Below, piece by piece: positions 60,552 to 64,000 of a DNA stretch of 64,000 bases; positions within the stretch are counted from its first letter, which is position 1; each line of letters starts with the position of its first letter. A program made the translations under genes and the position numbers. The stretch spans positions 1,728,001 through 1,792,000 of the forward strand of contig CAXXYH010000004.1 in NCBI GenBank assembly GCA_963677925.2, in the 5' to 3' direction. This DNA is from Spirochaetia bacterium. Lineage in GTDB: Bacteria > Spirochaetota > Spirochaetia > UBA9216. The notes under the pieces are model-generated. The model did no database searches. It was not told the DNA's origin and saw nothing but the letters and a program-made list of their open reading frames with translations.

Positions 60552-63500
60552 ATGCTGAGTAATGGCAAAGCCATAAACAGAACATATATAGGAATGGAGT
60601 ACTATGAGGTACTGGATCTTCCGAACCTTATAGATATTCAACTTTCATCGTATGAAAAGTTTCTTCAGAGAGATCTTCTAACAGCCGGCGACGGTCCGGA
60701 ACCTGCAGGCCTTGAAGAGGTTTTTCAGACGATTTTCCCGATAGAAAGTCCAAACGGCGACATGATTCTAGAGTATGATCGGTACTTTCTCGATGAAGAA
60801 AACATGAAGTTTTCAGAATCTGAGTGCAAGCAGAAGGGGATTAGTTATGCTGTGCCCATCAAGGCCAGGATAAATCTTCTTTTTACCGAATCCGGTGAAA
60901 TCAGGCAGAAGGATATCTATATCGGTGACATACCCCTGATGACTGAGAGAGGAACCTTTATAATTAATGGTGCTGAACGTGTCGTTGTCAGCCAGATTCA
61001 CCGTTCTCCCGGTGTAATCTTTTCCCATGAAAAGGGTGTTTATTCCTCAAGGATTATTCCGTACAGGGGTTCCTGGCTTGAGTTTGAAATCGATCAGAAA
61101 AAAGAGCTCGTATATGCCAAAATCGACAGAAAGAAGAGAATACTTGGAAGTCTTTTTCTCCGAGCGCTTGGATATTCCAGCCGTGAAGAGATTATTGACC
61201 TTTTTTATAAATCTGAAACTGTAACTTTCTCTGACAATAAAGAAGAGAAAGAGAAGCTTGTTGGTAAGGTTCTTTCGAGAGCAGTATATTCTGAAGCAGA
61301 TGGTGAAACCAAGAAGATTTATCGTGCAGGCGAGAAACTTCATCCGCATGATATAGATGAACTCCTGCATTCAGGAATCTCTGAAGTTGTTGTTATTGAT
61401 GAAAAAGATCCGGAATCGCTGCATTCCCAGATAATTCTCAACTGCTTTGAAAGGGAAGATTCAAAATTTACCCGTGATGAACCTGGTATCGATGAGCCGA
61501 CCCGTGATGATGCAATTGTTGCTGTTTATTCGGTTCTTATGCCCGGCGAACCTATTACTATTGAAAGTGCCCAGAAAGACCTTGAGACCATGTTCTTCTC
61601 TACAAGAAGATATGATCTTGGGCGGGTTGGACGTTATAAACTCAACAAAAAGTTTGATTACGCTGAACCTCTGGAAGAATCAATCCTTACAAGAGAAGAT
61701 GTTGTAAATACAATGGGCTTCCTTATTAAGGTTTTTATCGGTGAAGCAAATGTTGATGATATTGACCATCTTGGAAACAGAAGAATCAGGTCGGTAGGTG
61801 AGCTTCTGGCTAATCAGCTTAAAACTGCATTCACCAGGATGGAGAGAATAGCTAAAGAGCGAATGTCTCTTAAGGAAACCGATACTGTTAAACCGCAGGA
61901 TCTTATTTCCATTAAGCCGATAGTTGCTGCAGTAAAAGAGTTTTTCGGTTCCAGTCAGCTTTCACAGTTCATGGATCAGGTTAACCCGCTTGCAGAGCTG
62001 ACGCATAAAAGACGTTTGAATGCTCTGGGTCCGGGAGGTCTTTCAAGAGACAGAGCCGGATTTGAGGTTCGAGACGTACATTACACTCATTATGGTAGAA
62101 TGTGTCCTATTGAAACTCCTGAAGGTCCGAATATTGGTCTTATTGTTTCGCTGGCTAATTATACTAGAGTTAATGATTACGGATTTCTTGAAACTCCTTA
62201 CAGAAAAGTTATTGATGGAAAAGCTACCGCTGAAGTTGAATATCTTTCCGCGATGGATGAAGAGAAATACTTTATTGCTCAGGGTAACGCCCGTATAGAC
62301 AGCAAGGGTAACTTTAAAGATGAAATAATTTCAGTAAGAAAGGCCGGTGACTATGTTGCAAAGCCTGCTGAAGATATTAAATACATGGACGTTTCTCCTA
62401 AGCAGGTAATTTCTGTAGCTACCTCGCTGATTCCATTCCTTGAGCATGACGATGCTAACCGAGCCTTGATGGGTTCAAACATGCAGCGTCAGGCAGTTCC
62501 GCTTGTGTTCCCTGAACCGCCGATTGTAGGTACAGGAATGGAAGCCAAAACTGCATACGACTCCGGTGTTCTTGCTAAGGCAAAGAGGGCTGGTGAAGTA
62601 GTGTATGTAACCTCAAAATCAGTGATGATCAGACCGGAAGGCGCTGCTGAGCATGAAGTTGATGAGTATGAACTCGTCAAATATCAGCGGACCAACCAGG
62701 ATACATGTTTTAACCAGAGACCGCTTGTTGAAGTAGGCCAGAAGGTTGAAAAAGGTACTGTTCTTGCAGACGGTCCTGCTACTTATAAGGGTGAACTTGC
62801 ACTCGGACGAAACGTGCTTGTCGGATTTGTTCCGTGGAACGGTTACAACTATGAGGACGCCATTCTTATTTCCGAGAATGTTGTAAAAGAAGATGTTTTT
62901 ACATCCATCCATATAAAAGAATTCAGCATCGATGTCAGGGAGACTAAGCTCGGGCCCGAAAAACTGACCCGTGATATACCGAACGTGAATGAAAAAGCTC
63001 TTGATCAGCTTGATGAAGAAGGTATCATTCGTGTAGGTGCAAAGGTTGACTCCGGTTATATACTTGTTGGTAAGGTTACTCCGAAATCTGAAACTGAAAC
63101 TACTCCTGAGTTTAAGCTTCTTAACTCAATTTTCGGTGAAAAAGCCAAAGAAGTGCGTGATACTTCGCTCCGGCTGCCGCATGGTGTTACCGGAACTGTT
63201 ATTGATGTACAGCGTCTGAAGCGCTCTGAAGGTGATGACCTTTCGCCGGGTGTTGATGAGGTTGTAAAAGTTCTCATCGCAACCAAGCGAAAGCTTCGCG
63301 AGGGCGATAAGATGGCTGGTAGGCATGGAAACAAGGGTGTTGTCGCCAGGGTTCTTCCTGAAGAGGATATGCCTTATATGGAAGACGGTACTCCGCTTGA
63401 TATCTGTCTTAACCCGCTTGGTGTTCCGTCCCGAATGAACCTCGGTCAGATTCTTGAGACTGAACTCGGCTGGGCCGGATGGAAGCTTAATGAGTGGTAT

Positions 63501-64000
63501 TCAACTCCGGTATTCCAGTCTGCTTCTAATGAGCAGATTGAATCCAAGCTTAAAGAAGCTGGTCTTCCAACAAGTTCGAAGACAGCTCTGCGTGATGGAA
63601 GAACCGGAAGGCTGTTTGAGAATGAAGTTTTTGTAGGCCGTGTTTATATGCTTAAACTGCACCATCTTGTCGATGATAAGATGCATGCTCGTTCAACCGG
63701 ACCATATTCGCTTGTTACTCAGCAGCCGCTCGGCGGTAAAGCTCAGTTCGGTGGACAGCGTCTGGGAGAAATGGAAGTCTGGGCTCTCGAGGCCTATGGT
63801 GCTGCTAATACGCTGCAGGAACTTCTTACAATTAAATCAGATGATATGGCCGGAAGGGCTAAGATATATGAAAGTATCGTAAAGGGAGAACCTGCTTCAA
63901 GCGCCGGAGTTCCAGAGTCATTCAACGTTCTTGTGCAGGAACTTAGAGGTCTTGCTCTTGATTTGACCATTTACGATTCAAAGGGTAAACGTGTACCTCT
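60552..64000 (+). CDS. rpoB: RNA polymerase beta subunit (3' end beyond the window; absent from the ORF track because it has no stop here)
   Basis: Starts [23 protein letters not shown]. Contains [33 protein letters not shown] and PESFNVL. The first and last codons share a frame. Confidence 0.98.
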   Translation, partial: MLSNGKAINRTYIGMEYYEVLDLPNLIDIQLSSYEKFLQRDLLTAGDGPEPAGLEEVFQTIFPIESPNGDMILEYDRYFLDEENMKFSESECKQKGISYAVPIKARINLLFTESGEIRQKDIYIGDIPLMTERGTFIINGAERVVVSQIHRSPGVIFSHEKGVYSSRIIPYRGSWLEFEIDQKKELVYAKIDRKKRILGSLFLRALGYSSREEIIDLFYKSETVTFSDNKEEKEKLVGKVLSRAVYSEADGETKKIYRAGEKLHPHDIDELLHSGISEVVVIDEKDPESLHSQIILNCFEREDSKFTRDEPGIDEPTRDDAIVAVYSVLMPGEPITIESAQKDLETMFFSTRRYDLGRVGRYKLNKKFDYAEPLEESILTREDVVNTMGFLIKVFIGEANVDDIDHLGNRRIRSVGELLANQLKTAFTRMERIAKERMSLKETDTVKPQDLISIKPIVAAVKEFFGSSQLSQFMDQVNPLAELTHKRRLNALGPGGLSRDRAGFEVRDVHYTHYGRMCPIETPEGPNIGLIVSLANYTRVNDYGFLETPYRKVIDGKATAEVEYLSAMDEEKYFIAQGNARIDSKGNFKDEIISVRKAGDYVAKPAEDIKYMDVSPKQVISVATSLIPFLEHDDANRALMGSNMQRQAVPLVFPEPPIVGTGMEAKTAYDSGVLAKAKRAGEVVYVTSKSVMIRPEGAAEHEVDEYELVKYQRTNQDTCFNQRPLVEVGQKVEKGTVLADGPATYKGELALGRNVLVGFVPWNGYNYEDAILISENVVKEDVFTSIHIKEFSIDVRETKLGPEKLTRDIPNVNEKALDQLDEEGIIRVGAKVDSGYILVGKVTPKSETETTPEFKLLNSIFGEKAKEVRDTSLRLPHGVTGTVIDVQRLKRSEGDDLSPGVDEVVKVLIATKRKLREGDKMAGRHGNKGVVARVLPEEDMPYMEDGTPLDICLNPLGVPSRMNLGQILETELGWAGWKLNEWYSTPVFQSASNEQIESKLKEAGLPTSSKTALRDGRTGRLFENEVFVGRVYMLKLHHLVDDKMHARSTGPYSLVTQQPLGGKAQFGGQRLGEMEVWALEAYGAANTLQELLTIKSDDMAGRAKIYESIVKGEPASSAGVPESFNVLVQELRGLALDLTIYDSKGKRVP

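Noticed and set aside
60552-64000. rpoB missing from the ORF track, suggesting disruption or an intein
   Set aside because: The first and last codons share a frame and the length is normal. It simply lacks a stop codon inside the window.
1-64000. CRISPR arrays, rRNA, prophage, and the many short antisense or overlapping ORFs in the track
   Set aside because: I saw no repeat-spacer periodicity, rRNA or phage genes. The short ORFs overlap well-supported genes and lack recognisable motifs.

Overview
A 64 kb window of chromosome from an anaerobic bacterium, most likely Spirochaetota. This is inferred from spirochaete-style lipoproteins, the long PRPP synthetase and the order tRNA-Thr/rpmG/tRNA-Trp/secE without tuf. 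The left end holds the tail of a complex-I/Mbx-like operon (NuoD-like subunit, NuoI-GltD fusion, ferritin-like gene), then maoC-bcd-etfB-etfA, radC, two large surface lipoproteins, an MCP and an Hsp20 pair with a sigma54-type promoter. The middle is accessory: a DeoR-linked divergent sugar or sugar-acid cluster, cpdB, a TetR-linked flavinylated extracytoplasmic reductase, a CPBP/LuxR cassette lying between fragments of an XRE gene, PilZ, a receiver protein and a 9-PAS kinase, then tRNA-fMet, prsW and clpB. Next is a compact PucR/GltD-like/ferredoxin-flavoprotein/GntP/unknown-protein catabolic module. The right end is core: argH, a Na/Pi cotransporter, prs, an HD protein, tRNA-Thr, rpmG, tRNA-Trp, secE, nusG, rplKAJL and rpoB, which runs off the end. 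I found no CRISPR array, integrase, transposase or prophage. The best candidates for undescribed biology are the PucR module (44.2-51.3 kb), the DeoR cluster (22.0-26.9 kb), the flavinylated reductase and the twin perfect palindromes at 54.57 kb. All product calls come from reading motifs by eye; no database search was run.
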